64,000 nucleotides of DNA, from NCBI RefSeq assembly GCF_001194135.2, contig NC_068986.1:7212751-7276750 (forward strand). The letters run 5' to 3'. How positions within the stretch are numbered: position 1 is the first letter of the stretch; the number at the start of each line of letters is the position of its first letter. The position numbers were made by a program, and so were the translations under genes. Below the pieces are notes generated by a model that worked only from the letters and a program-made list of their open reading frames with translations, had not been told where the DNA came from and did not search any database. Below, in pieces: positions 50,701 to 63,445 of the stretch. The stretch is from Octopus bimaculoides. Its lineage: Eukaryota.

Positions 50701-51379
50701 TTTCATTTTGAAAATTAGCTTTGTGGTCAAAGAGAAACACCATTGATCAAAAACTATAATTAAGCCTCAACATCTCCCAACACAAGCAGAAGAGATAAAA
50801 CCTGGATCTGTGTGTGTGCGTGTATTTAGCTTTCTAGAAATAAACAATTATAGGATAATTGCAGCAGCATACAATCTTTCTCAGCTGACAAGTTTAAGTA
50901 CCAAAAGATTAATGTTGATTGATGATGCTTAAGAAGACCAAATGCATCATTGGTCATTCTTTTGAACCACATAACTCAAGAATAGTGAAAGTAGATTTGC
51001 CAAGTGCACAGCATCTCTTTCTTTGCATACCACTCCTTACGTCGTTTAACGTCCGCTGTCCATGCTGGCATGGGTCGGACGGTTTGACTGAGGACCGGTG
51101 AGCTAGAAGGCGAAAGCTACATCAGGCTCAATCTGATCTGGCAAAGTTTTTACAGTTGGATGCGCTTCCTACCACCAACAACTCCGAGAGTGTAGTGGAT
51201 ACTTTTACGTGCCACCAGCATGAGGGCCAGTCAGGCGGTTCTGGCAACGACCACGCTCAAAAGGTATTTCTTTACGTGCTACCTGCACGGGAGCCAGTCC
51301 GGCAGCACTGGCAATGACCACGCTCAAATGTTATTTCCACGCTCGAGTAAGAGAAAATCATCTCTGCTATAAGACATTT

Positions 51380-51960
51380 CTTAATTGAAATATTGTTCCA
51401 AAGGTTGTCACAGCCGGGGGTGGTAGTAGGGATAAGCGCCCACTATCTACAAAATGCTCCCACATGGCGTGCGTCTCAGAAAGCCTCCGACAACCAAAGT
51501 CCAACTCCAGGCCTGCTCGTGGCGGAACTGCTTTTACAGACAGGAGAAGGGGCAAAGGCGGGTCTCTGGCGCCTTAAAACCAAATGCTTTGGGTAGTTGG
51601 GGCTCGTCAGCCTACAAAGGCTGCCCATCTAGGAGAAGGAAAGCTTTAATTTCAAACCTCCGCCGCTGCCTTGTGGCAATATCCAGTCATGGAAAAGGCT
51701 TCAGGAGTAAACCTCGAGGAAAAATCCGGAGTCGGAGCCCCTAAGGCAGCTCGATGCTGATCTCAACTTCGTTCTGGCAACTCCTGCGACTGCGTTGACA
51801 CCAAACTGTAGCAGCCCTGCTGTTCCTTTGGATCCATCAACGAGGTGGAGAGGGTGGGCAAGTTGAATGGGCAACAGCCTGTTCTCCATATAACACTGCC
51901 CAGGCTTACATCTGTCCACACCATCCTAAAACTGGAGAGGACACTCCAGCTTCACCATTG
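51380..51960 (+). mobile_element. Probable RTE LINE 5' UTR fragment
   Basis: GC-rich island with ggctgcccatctaggagaaggaaagc...caaacctccg..gccttgtggc and gaaaaggcttcaggagtaaacct, similar to recalled RTE 5' UTRs; no long ORF. Confidence 0.5.
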
Positions 51961-51973
51961 ATATGGTGTCGAC

Positions 51974-52081
51974 ATATAGTTATTTAATTCTATTTGTTTA
52001 TCTGTGTATTGTATTATATTTCATTTGTTTGTTTGTTATAATACAATACACAGATAAACAAATGGAATTAAATAACTATAT
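51974..52081. repeat. Inverted repeat, 45-bp arms, 18-nt loop
   Basis: atatagttatttaattctatttgtttatctgtgtattgtattata / tataatacaatacacagataaacaaatggaattaaataactatat, 1 mismatch. Confidence 0.9.
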
Positions 52082-52303
52082 ACATTAAAAAAATTCTACT
52101 AAATTAAATACAAAAAAAGAGAAAGAATAGAAAAAATAAGTAGGTATAAACACATGAACAAAAAAAATAAAAACAAATTAAATGAACGTATATAAACGGG
52201 ATACGGATAATACAGGCGATTTCCCCACACATACTAAACAGACACACATGGGGGTATACGCATGCGCAAATAAAGACACATACAATAGAAATACAAAATG
52301 GCT

Positions 52304-52490
52304 GATCATTAGCAAGGAAAGACGTACAAATAAGAAAGAAGAAAGCAAAGGACCACAGAAGTGTGACGAAAGAACTCTGGCCGAAATACGATTAATATAA
52401 AATAAAGCTGAAGCAAATTAACACCAAATATATAGTGCGTGTGTTTTTATTGGCTAAACTGGCAACATGACCGCCCTCAAATACAACAAT
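52304..52490 (+). mobile_element. Third copy of the 34.8-35.2 kb hammerhead-bearing repeat
   Basis: aagaaagaagaaagcaaaggaccacagaagtgtgacgaaagaactctggccgaaatacg...ttggctaaactggcaacatgacc...aaatacaacaat matches 34995-35160. Confidence 0.85.
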
Positions 52491-52728
52491 AAATTATATT
52501 TTAATTAAGCTTAAATGATAGAGCTCAATTCAAAGAATTTCATGATATCAATCTCATGTAATGAAGTTTTAAAAGAAAAAAGTTATGAGTATTTGTTTGT
52601 CAAATTTGAGGGTGATAATTTAGTTCTATACTTTTTAATGAATTTAGTTCTATAAGGATACTTTGAAGTAAGGAAAAATTATTAACGGCACCACTAATTG
52701 ACACATTATTAATTAGCATAATAGCGTA

Positions 52729-53787
52729 GCCTGGAAAAAACATGGATTACATGGAAAAATGTGAGCAAAAGAAATAATATTCTTAAGATTATAAACCTGA
52801 AAAATTACAGGACAAGTTATTACACTTGGAAAAGTTCAGTACAACTTATTACATCTGGTAAAGTACAGAACAAGAACATTTTTACTTAAAATATTGCAGC
52901 TAAGGATAAAATTTGAATATTGAAAATTATTTGATTTTAATTTACAAAGTAACATTATAATTAAAAAAGGTACCATCATTTTGGGGAGGGGCCAGTCGAT
53001 TAGTTCGATCCCCAGTACGCAACTGGTACTTAATTTATCGATCCCGAAAGGATGGCAAAGTCGACCACAGCTGAGTTTGAACTCAGAACATAAAGACAGA
53101 TGAAATACCGCTAAGCATTTCGCCCGGCGTGCTAACTTTTCTGTCAGCTTGCCGTCTTATTGACACACTAGAATACTTAAAGAATGAAAGCCAGAAGTAC
53201 CAATATAGCTAAAGTCTTATGCAAAATAGACTAGTATGTATGGTAGGCAAATTCTTTATGTAAAAAATAGGCGTTGAGTCAAGACTAAAAATGTGAAAAC
53301 TTGGCAATAACTCAAGCAAATTTTACTGTGAATTTGTTGTTATAGGTAGATTTTACTGTAAAATATAACTAATTTTTATATTATTCTATTTATTGTACTA
53401 ACTATGTACTACTATTACTTTTTATAACCTATTTTCAAATTTCTAATTATTAATTAATAATTAAAGAAATGAATTTTTTTTAAAGTGCAAAATTTTTTAA
53501 AATTTTTAATAGAAGTAACAAGTAGTAATAAATAGAAGTAATAATTTGTAATAAAATTTTTAGTTTTAATAAAAGCAAATATTTTCTTAATCTAAATATT
53601 TTATTCGAAATTTTATCCTTAGCTGCAATATTTTAAGTAAAAATTTTCTTGTTCTCTACTTTACCAGATGTAATAAGTTGTCCCGAACTTTTCCAAGTGT
53701 AACAACTTGACCTGTAATTTTTCAGGTTTATAATCTTAAGAATTTTATTTCTCCTGTTCGCATTTTCCATATAATACACATTTAGGC
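52729..53787. mobile_element. Fold-back/MITE-like element with about 190-bp terminal inverted repeats, carrying a nested SINE
   Basis: About 52729-52920 is the reverse complement of about 53598-53787 (e.g. ttcttaagattataaacctgaaaaattacagg / cctgtaatttttcaggtttataatcttaagaa). Confidence 0.8.
52967..53158 (-). mobile_element. SINE nested in the fold-back element
   Basis: Reverse complement of the 12036/55516 family (cccagtacgcaactggtacttaatttatcg...tttgaactcagaac...gctaagcatttcgcccggcgtgctaac). Confidence 0.85.
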
Positions 53788-54147
53788 AATATATATATTT
53801 AAAGAATATTTAGACTATATAAACATTGTCTAAACTCCTGATTATCTCAAGAGAAGTAGACTTCATTCTTTGCAGAGTGAATCCATTCATTCTTCAAGAT
53901 TGTATTAGATTCTTCAGTCACAAAAGAAAAATGTGGTTTTTCTCCAGTGAAGGAACCAGCACAACCTTGACTAAAACAGAATTTGTCTTATAATTGAGTA
54001 GATTTAAAAAAATACATAGAATACAACAAAAATAAATGATCCAAATCTAATATTGATAGTCCAAATGTCATTAAAATGGCACTAAAATTTACGTTTCTGA
54101 TCATCATGAAATACAGAGTAACTTCGAAATTTTATACGCAACATTAG

Positions 54148-54360
54148 TTTCAAATGTTAGCACAAAACCGGTAATTTCGGGGAAAGGCATAAGTCAGTTA
54201 CATCGACCCCAGTACTCAACTGGTACTCATTTTATCGACCTCCGAAAGGATGAAAGGCAAAGTCGACCTTGGCGGAATTTGAACTCAGAACATAAAGACG
54301 GACGAAAGACTGCTAAGCAGCTTTCCCGGTGTGCTAACGGTTCTGCCAGCTCGTCACCTT
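54148..54360 (-). mobile_element. Well-preserved SINE with Meta-domain-like core
   Basis: Reverse complement contains gttctgagttcaaattccgccaaggtcgactttgcctttcatcctttcggaggtcgataaaatgagtaccagttgagtactggggtcgatg. Confidence 0.85.
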
Positions 54361-55515
54361 AGTTTCATATGCAGTATTGTAAATAGAATATATGACTTAA
54401 TAAATGTAGCCTATAACTGACTTTTAAACGTTTTTAATAAATATGTTTATATTATGTTAATGAATAAGTTTCCCCTAAAACGGATTTATGAACATTTATA
54501 ATATATAATTTATAATATATCATCATCATCATTATTTAAAGTCCGTTGTCTACGCTAGCATGGGTTGGACGGTTTGACTAGAGCTGGCAAGCACAAGACT
54601 CCTCTCTGATTTTGCACGGTTTTTACGGCAGGATGCTCTTTCCAACATCAATCACTTTGGAAAGTGTGCTGGGTGCTTCTACGTAGCATCGCACGGGCGT
54701 TTTTACGCGACACCGCCATGCATGCTTTATACTACCAGAGGGACCGAGTTTAACACTTCTGTTGCAGAGTACGGGTCTTCTTGCAGCATGAATAAATGTA
54801 GCCTCTATATCTGATGTCTGAACATTTTTATGCAATATAAAAAAATGCTTCTTTCCTATGAAATTCTTCGTACAGTTTAATATTTTCATATTGGTTTTGA
54901 TGTTTGTATTTTTGGCGTAATCAATCTGAAAACTTATTTTGCAACCTTCATAAAAAACAACAAAAGTCTGATAAAATCTTAATTTAGCAGAGAAGAAACA
55001 AAGTGTTATAAGATTCGTTGTATAAGGGTGAATTAATGTCTTAGTGGAAATCAGATTTTGAGACTGGATTAGTCTTTATTCATAATTCTTCAACAGTTAT
55101 GGAGAAAATATTAATCACATATTTTGATCTAAAGATAAGTGTAAAGTCTGGAGTAAGAAAAGCCTAAACTTATCTGCTTAAATTGGGAAGTTGTTAGACG
55201 TCAAATGAGTTTAAATAGTTTGGTAAGTTACGCAATAAAACTGCTATAATATAATTTTCTTATTTGAAGCATGTTTTATGTCAGGAGCTGCAACAAACTT
55301 GAATATCAAAAGTTGTGATGCAGAATGAATCCATTGTTGAAAAAAAAAACACAAGAAATATAATGAGGACTTAAACACACTGAATTCATTGGAAAGAGTA
55401 ATCGGTTTATCCTGACTCAATAGTTGTTAAAAAAAAAAATCTTAGTCGGTTTCAAATAGTAAAATTCTCTCATATTTAAAAAATATTTTTCTCTTTCATT
55501 ATTTAACAATTTATA

Positions 55516-55701
55516 AAGGTGGTGAGTGAGCAGAATCGTTCGCAAGCCGGGCTACGTTCTGAATTCAAATGTGACTGACGTCGACTTTGCCTTCCATCCT
55601 TTCGGATTTCGATAAAATCAGAACCGGTTGAGCACTGGGTCGATGTAATCGACTTATTCCGCCTCCCCGAAATTGTTGGCCTTGTGTCAAGATTTGAAAC
55701 C
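55516..55701 (+). mobile_element. SINE, same family, with an internal deletion
   Basis: aaggtggtgag...cagaatcgtt...gtcgactttgccttccatcctttcgg...gataaa...gagcactgggtcgatgtaatcgac...ttgaaacc. Confidence 0.8.
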
Positions 55702-56137
55702 GTTATTTAACAGTATATTCTTTACTATGTATTCAACATGTTTAAAGGATTCTAAATTTAATGTGAACTTTTTAAGATTTATTTTTTTTAATAAAATCTT
55801 GTTTTTGCATGTATCAAACCCAACTTAAATATTCATTATGCTTTATGATTTATTTGTAATGATCATTAGGCTTGTGTATCTATATTTAGCCAGATCAATA
55901 TAAACAAACTTTTCAATTAATCTAAAAGTGCTGTCAAATATAATTTCTGATTTCATTTTGTGAAAATGGAGCTTTTATTGTTCAACACCATCTCAGGAGC
56001 CATGCCTCCTTCTCTACAGAATTTATTGCAACCACCTTTTCTGCTACAGCTTATCTCCATCTTAGCTACATTTCTTTGTCATTTTCAGCTTAACTTGTAT
56101 TATTACGATATTTTAATAGAAATGGGATCTGGCAGAA

Positions 56138-56357
56138 ATGAACGTGCAAGTGGCTGAGCACCCCTCAGACGCGTGTCCTTAATGTTGTTCTCAGGGTTAT
56201 TCAGTGTGACAAAAAGGGATGACCCTTTGAAATACAAGCAGATCTCATTTTTGCTAGCTGAGTGGACTGGAGCAACATGAAAGCCCGCCGCTGGGAATCG
56301 AACTGAAGATCGTAAGATAGTAAGTCAAAGACCTTAACCATTAAGCCACGTGCCTCC
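56138..56357 (-). mobile_element. tRNA-derived SINE related to 31205-31601
   Basis: aacgtgcaagtggctgagcac... core; head in reverse complement ggaggcacgtggcttaatggttaagg...ttcgattcccagcgg. Confidence 0.75.
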
Positions 56358-57839
56358 CCCCACACGTACGCGCGCACACACACACGTGTATGTGTGTGAT
56401 GATCATTAGTTTAATCTTTCCTTTTCCAAGTTTGCATGACTTAGACAGGAATTTGTTTTGGGGCAGGATTTTACAAACTGTTTGTTAGGTAAGAGACCTC
56501 AATATTCTACAAATTCTATGAATAGAAAAAAATATTTGACAAAATGACAAAATGTCAGTAGATGTTTGATCTGAATATTTTCAAATTAAAAAATTGAATT
56601 TCTCTGGTGTTTTTAATAAAGGTCATATTTTATTTTCAAAACTTAATTCAACTAGATATGGAATAAAATGCTAAATAACAACGATTCTATTTTTTCTTGC
56701 TGCCAACTTGTTCTATGAAAACAGATGTTCTATGAGGAAGTTCATTATACCTTCTCTACTAACAAGTATATTAGTTTTTATATAAAATGTTTAGTGCATG
56801 CCAAAATCTTTTGATTGTTGTTCAGAGTGTCTCATTGGGGGAGGGGGTGTATGTCTCTTTTAATTATCAATGGATAAGTTTTGATATTTGGGAATTAGTC
56901 TAATAATTTTGTAATATCGTAATTTTGCAAAGAAAAATTATTTTGTCGAATCTTTGTTAAATTTTATTTTTTTCTCCCCAAATGTAACTTGTTTTATGGT
57001 GTTGTCTTCATGTATCATTTTGATATAAATTTGATCACTTTCCAGATTCTCAGATTTGCACACACACACACACACACACAAACACACACAGAAGTACACT
57101 TATCATACGAATAAACATTGACCTTTGTTTATATAATAATCTTTTTTTAAGTAGAATTCCTTAATTTAGGATGGAACTATATTTTAGACAACAATATATT
57201 TGTACTCCTCAATAATAATGCTTTATTTTATACACGAACTCATTTATAGTAAACAACCTTTTAATGGGCTGAAATGAAGACAAAGAATGATCCATATTTC
57301 AAGATCAACAATTTCTTTTATTTTTGTTATGGGATTGAATTGATTACGATGGAGTGATTGAGGTCACAGACAGACAGATAGTTGATGTGATTTTTAGATG
57401 TCACTTTCTTAAATACGCCAAAAGGGTCTTAGGAGAGAAGGTGCCAAAAAGTTTGTGAGTGGTCAGGTCTAGCCAATGAAAAATAAACAGTCAAGCAGTC
57501 CAGTTTGTTATGTCTAGAACAACTAAATTTAATGGAATCAAATTTTTAATATCGAGAATGTCAATGATTTGATGACAGCTTTATCTTAAAGTATAAGGAA
57601 GGAATTAACTAAACACATATGAGTGGTTATCCACCATTAAGTGTTACATATTAATGCTGCTCCCAAAGTGCGACGAGAAGATATTCATAAAAGTATGAAC
57701 ATCATTACTTCCCATTTACAATTATTTACATCTAATTAAGAAATTGTTATTAATTTAAAAGTCATGTCTGAGTCATTTATTTCATTTGGCCTTTTGAATA
57801 GTTTGTGCTTACTTGATGCCATGTTGAGAAAGTGTAAGT

Positions 57840-57882
<43 letters not shown>

Positions 57883-58469
57883 AGGGAGTGAGAGAGCGTG
57901 GGAAGCAGAGGGAAAGAGGAAGTATTGAAAATTTATTCTGTTAATAGCGTTAGACGTTTCATGTTTCTCATCAAGCAATAGGGCAAACACACATGCATTC
58001 ATACATATCAGTGAGAGAGAGAGAGAGAGAGAGAAGGGAGAGAGAGAGAGAGAGAGAGAAGGGGGAGAGAGAGAGAGAGANNNNNNNNNNNNNNNNNNNN
58101 NNNNNNNNNNNNNNNNNNNNNNNNNNNNNNNNNNNNNNNNNNNNNNNNNNNNNNNNNNNNNGTGCTTGTGTGTGCGTGTGTGTGTGTGTGTACAAAACAA
58201 AATGAGAGTGAATTAGAAAATTTCTTAATGATGCAAATGATTTATGGAAATATAAAATAGTTTTAAATTGTATATGATGTCAATGAACGAGCATTTTGAA
58301 GTGAAAACCTATTTGAAATAATCAGGGTTAAAAGTAGAAAATATTTTAAGGTTGCAGAATAAAAGAAAGAACAACAAAATAATGCTTTGACGCATCTCTT
58401 TAGATTAAAGAAATCAAAATTGTTTAATGATCTGAAAGCCATTTAAAAAAAATGGAAACTCAGATCTGT

Positions 58470-58516
<47 letters not shown>

Positions 58517-59657
58517 ATATTTGTTCAATGAGATTGTACTGTAAATATTTGTTTTTTTTATGTTGTTGTTGTGATAGTTGTTGTGTCACTAAATTTATTG
58601 ATTTCATCAAAACTATTTTCTCATCTGTGGAATCTTTTGGAAATTTTTCAAATGTTTCCGTTATTCTGATACAGCGAAATTGTAACTTACTTTTAAAGAT
58701 AATTTACGGTGTTTACAAGGTAAGCCATTGCTGATAAGTCATTAATTAAAGATACAGAAGTTAACCATATTTAATAATTGCAGCGTTCAAACCTAATTTT
58801 AATCTCTGTTACATGAAAAGTAGTGGAACATCTAATTCAATATTGATGTTAAAAATAACAATTCTGTTGTTGAATATATTATTTGAGATTCTTAAAACTC
58901 AATACGTTTAACATCTCCGACAATCTCACTTCGATGTGTATTATTGCTAACTATTTCTTTGAGATTTTATTTCCACCACCTCCATACAGGGGACAGAAGT
59001 AATACCCTCTTTTACATTACTTATATACTAATAATTGATAATAATAATTAATAATAATAATCATCCTTGGATGGAATTTATAAGCATTTAATGCATCACT
59101 ACGCGCGTTTCCGCAAACCACATGTCTTTTAAGATCACAGTCCATATTCCTGGGATAATTACAGTGTAGTTCGTAATATCCGTGTGTATCAGGTTGACCA
59201 TCTTCATGGATTTATTTCTTCAGGCGATTTCACATTAATAGAAGTACACCAGAAGGATGTTTATCCCATTTTACAAGTATGAAGGTTAAGCGAGTTATGT
59301 GTGTATTTGGTGGGAAGGAGGGGAGGTGGTGGAAATAGAGGAAGGAAATTTAGCTGTATGGGGATGGATGTGTGTGTAGTGGTGTTGAACTTATTTTGTT
59401 ATTCATTCAGCAGATGTTAAGAATGGGTAGTACATTCTTTTGTTTGATTTCATTTAAGGCATCCACAATACTTATTTCCTATTACATTGGTAAGTTTTGT
59501 ATATTTGCTTTCAAATTTGTTTTGAACAAAAGATACACTGTAAAAAGAACTCAAGAGAAGAAATTGGAGAGAAAATGAGAGGAAGAAGGATGTGTGTGTG
59601 TGAAAGAGAGAGAGAGAGAGAGAGAAAAGGAAGATGAAAATGGAGATGTGACATAAC

Positions 59658-59880
59658 ATTATTTACATTTGACGGATATTTGTCCTCATCTTGTTTGTTG
59701 TTAACACAACGTTTCGGATGATATACCCTCCAGCCTTCTTCAGGTGTCTTGGGGGGAAATTTCGAACCTGAGTTTCTCATTCCTAACAAGACACCTGATG
59801 AAAGCTGGAGGGTATACCAGCCGAAACGTTGTGTTAACAACAAACAAGATGATGACAAATATCCGTCAAATGTAAATAAT
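59658..59880. mobile_element. Palindromic Penelope-type LTR-like repeat with two inverted minimal hammerhead ribozyme motifs
   Basis: 94-bp arms (59658-59751 / 59787-59880). Plus: gacac-CTGATGA-a-agctgg-agggtata-ccagcc-GAAAC-GTT-gtgtt (59790-59835). Minus arm: gacac-CTGAAGA-a-ggctgg-agggtata-tcatcc-GAAAC-GTT-gtgtt. Confidence 0.8.
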
Positions 59881-62539
59881 TCCTCATCTCTTAAATATAG
59901 AACTGTATAGATAGATACGTTGAGAGATAAAGAGAAGCGGGAGGTGCAGGACAGTGGCAATATAGTGTTGGTTTATTGACATTTCTGTTGCTCCATCCAG
60001 CTGGTAGCTTAAAGGGTTTGAATAACATTGTGATCTGATGGCGATTTTTATCATTTCATATCGCTGATATAAACTTTGAAATATTATGTGTTGCCCTAAA
60101 AAGAGAAGGAAACATTTTTTCTTCCTAAATGGCATCTCTGACGATAGTTTTTGAAGTAAATAGATACAAAAGTTTAAGAAAGTTTTGATTTACAACATTA
60201 ATATTCATTTTATAAATGTAGAAAATCCAAGAGAACTTTGTACAGTTCCAATTACTACTGATACCTGTTTTAAATACTGGTCGTTGTTTCATCCAACAAT
60301 GTACTGTTCATTGCTGACTGAATTTATGATTTAATTTAAAGTTAAATTTTGAAAGGATGTGGAGTGGATGTCACTTTAAACTACTCTTGTCATCTTTAAT
60401 TATCTGACAACTAGTATTAAAAGGGATTGCAATGGATTGAAATTTAAAAGGACAGCTGAGATCACCGAGATGCATGTTATCTTAATTTCTTTCAGCTAAG
60501 AGCAAATGGATCAATTCAGTCAATAGTTGTGCACTGTTAATCATTCTTTCTGTATTTAGTGATGACATCGTGATTGCAAGGTGCGAAACCTTTACTATAA
60601 CTATTGCATGTTGTGCTTATTGTATACATGTTGATGCATGCATTTTGCGTGTTTGCATGTGATTAGGCGTATTTCAGGTGGCTATTAGCCCCATATCGAA
60701 TTCGACCAATTAGCTGATCCTTCCAAAGTTTGTAACAATCCAAGGCTCACCACTAAAAGTACGATGTCTCATGTTTTGGATGTCACAGTAATAATGTCAG
60801 GTAAATTTGCTGGTGTCAGTTGTTTCATTGCCATAACAACACTGAAGCTAGTTGGTATACCATTTGAAGGTTTTAATTTCAATCACCATCATCATCATCA
60901 ATAAATCTTAAGAGCAATCATTGAAAGTTTTTGAATTGAACCAGGCAGATCCAGCCTTTCCACATGGTTAAAATCTTGTTTCCTCCAAGGTTTTGGAATG
61001 AACAAGTAACTGAACGAGAATGTTCACAGTCATTCATACTTCAATGATGCTATATGCAGATCTTAATTCCTCATTCATATAGTCCCTAATGTATCTTGTC
61101 ATCTCCACAACACTGCTTTGTGTTTTTTTTTTTGGATAAATTACCCAAGCATCACCAGGTACATTAGAATTTAAAGTAAAACATACAGGGAATGAATTAA
61201 CTTCAATTAATATATATGGCTTACCGCAAATTTAACCCTTGTTTTTTAGCGCCAGAATATGATAGTCAGGGATTCCATACAATTGCTGCAATATCTTTGT
61301 TAAATCTTTCATATTTCCCTAAACTGCATTGTCTTGCAATAAAATGGAAATATATTATTGTATTAAAAAACAAAAAAACAAAAAACAAAAACATTTCCTC
61401 TAAATCCCGGAAATCATATTTGTTACTTTAAGAAGAATGATAACTCATCTCCATTGTTCATCTACAACAAATTTCAAGTGTAACGATTTCATTATTCTTT
61501 ATCTTTAAAAAATATTTCATTATCTTTTCAGTCCAATAAAACAAGAACAGACAACACTTAGATTCCAGTTGAATTCTTAAAGAGATTATTGAATACCTCA
61601 TTATTCTCTTGCCGTTATCATTCTTCAGTTACTATCTTTCTGAGTAGCATTAAGAATTCTTAAAATAGATCAATGGCACAATGAGAAAATCTTCACATGC
61701 CATCTTTAAAGAAACTTAGCATATTTGCAAACATTTATATACTTTTATTTCACATTGTTTTTTCTGTTCAGAGCAGTTTTATGAAAACAATTTTTATAAG
61801 ATTGATCGCCGTAATACCTCAGTTTGAATTATCCAATAAACTTTGATTTGGTCTCTTTGAATATATTCGTATTTTTTTCATATGACATCAAATTTAGAAA
61901 ATAGCTGATTACTACATATATATATTTTCAAAATAAAAAAGAAAAATTAAAACGTAATTCGTTTTTCTGTACATGTTTTATACGAAGTTAATATCTCAAA
62001 TAATAAATATAATTGACTAAAATATTATTCTGCTGACCTTAACAGAGTAAAATACTCACCTTCTTTCACTGTACTCGGAAATTTTCTAGAATATAGTTAC
62101 TATAATGTGGAAAAGGTTTTTGTACTTTTTACCTTTTATCAAAGTTGAAGAAAGTCGTCATTTATGTTTGAGAAAACTTTGTTATCCAAAAATCTTACAA
62201 ATCCGATAAAGTTTTCTAAGATTACTATTTGTATTCACAACAGATATAAGATACAGAAACATGACTAAGCAACTAAGTTATTTGTATAACTATTATATCT
62301 GCACATACATTCAGCAAAAGCCTAGTGGATAAAAAGAATACAGCAGTTAATTTAGAAATAAAGTTAGCATCTGATCTGATCTTATATTCGTATTCAGGAG
62401 TAAGACACCGAATATCGATTAAACCAACTAAAACAGTTTTTATGTAAGATTAAAAATAAAGTTCAGTTCCAAAGACGAAGTCGATATACTGAAGCACATA
62501 ATCATTAATTTCAGAAATATATTTTCAACAGATATTTCA

Positions 62540-62740
62540 AACTGAATTTCAGACATACAGCTCTCAAATTTTTATCTTGCGTAATTTCTCTAAATTTGTG
62601 GTCTAACGAACAATGCAGCTTTCAGCTCTCCTTCAGTTAAAAATGGAAACTATGGCAAAAAAATTTGAATTTCTTTTTCATCATTATGAAAATATTTGTT
62701 TTCGTGTCATCTTAACTATATTGTGTTGCAGTGATAAAAT
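62540..62740 (-). mobile_element. Decayed Chapaev/CMC-type transposase remnant
   Basis: FPFLTEGELKAALFVRPQI/REITQDKN/FESCMSEI (with frameshifts) resembles FP.LS.AKLKEGIFVGPQIR.L.KD..FE..M. Confidence 0.5.
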
Positions 62741-63304
62741 AACGTTTATTTGACCAACAATAAATTTGTTTTCAAATAATATAACACTTTAAATTCTTAG
62801 CAAGAATCTCTTTTTGGTGTTCCTTTTAGTGGAAATGACATATTACTCTTGCTACGCCATAAATAAAATAAAAAATATTTTTAGCAAAAGTTTTGGAATT
62901 TAAATTGTGTCAGACAAACGAAACTCTATATGTGAAGATATACTAAAAGTATTTGAAGAACAGGCTGTCTATTATACAACGAAATTGCATAAATACATCT
63001 CACTGAAGACTTAGGAAACTGTAATTTCTAATCAGATAATCAATTAAACTTTTGCATTAAATGATTCTTTTCTTTTTAAAGAATTCTATAACAATTTTTG
63101 CATAATGATATAAAATTGATCTGTTTTTGCTAACAGTTTTTTTTCTGTAAATTTAATCTGGAAGACATATATAAGCACAGCAAATAGTCTTCATTATCTA
63201 AATAAACAATGTAGGGATGTGCTGTGTTTAAAAACAATATACATCAGAATGAGGCGAAAATCATAGCAACAGCAGCAGCTATTGAGACCATCAGATGCAG
63301 TTCT

Positions 63305-63445
63305 ATCTCATTGGGCGTTGCCTGGCATGAACTCACATTAAGCCACGTGGTTAGACGAAATTTGCCGCCATTGATATTATATAGAAAAACAGTGAATAAA
63401 AATCCACTGGTATTGCAAATAGCTGCCCGGCTTCCGTTCTATGCA
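63305..63445 (-). promoter_or_regulatory. Possible housekeeping-type promoter/first exon of a minus-strand gene
   Basis: Cluster in a locally CpG-richer patch: ETS-like CGGAAG (plus cttccg 63431-63436), YY1-like ATGGCGGC (63364-63371), E-box CACGTG (63344-63349), CCAAT (63310-63314), and a GTGAGT donor on the minus strand (63331-63336). Confidence 0.4.

Noticed and set aside
60650-61200. Protein-looking minus-strand frames (e.g. PKPWRKQDFNHVERLDLPG, EMTRYIRDYMNEELRSAYSIIE)
   Set aside because: Not recognised and could not be joined into a consistent spliced frame.
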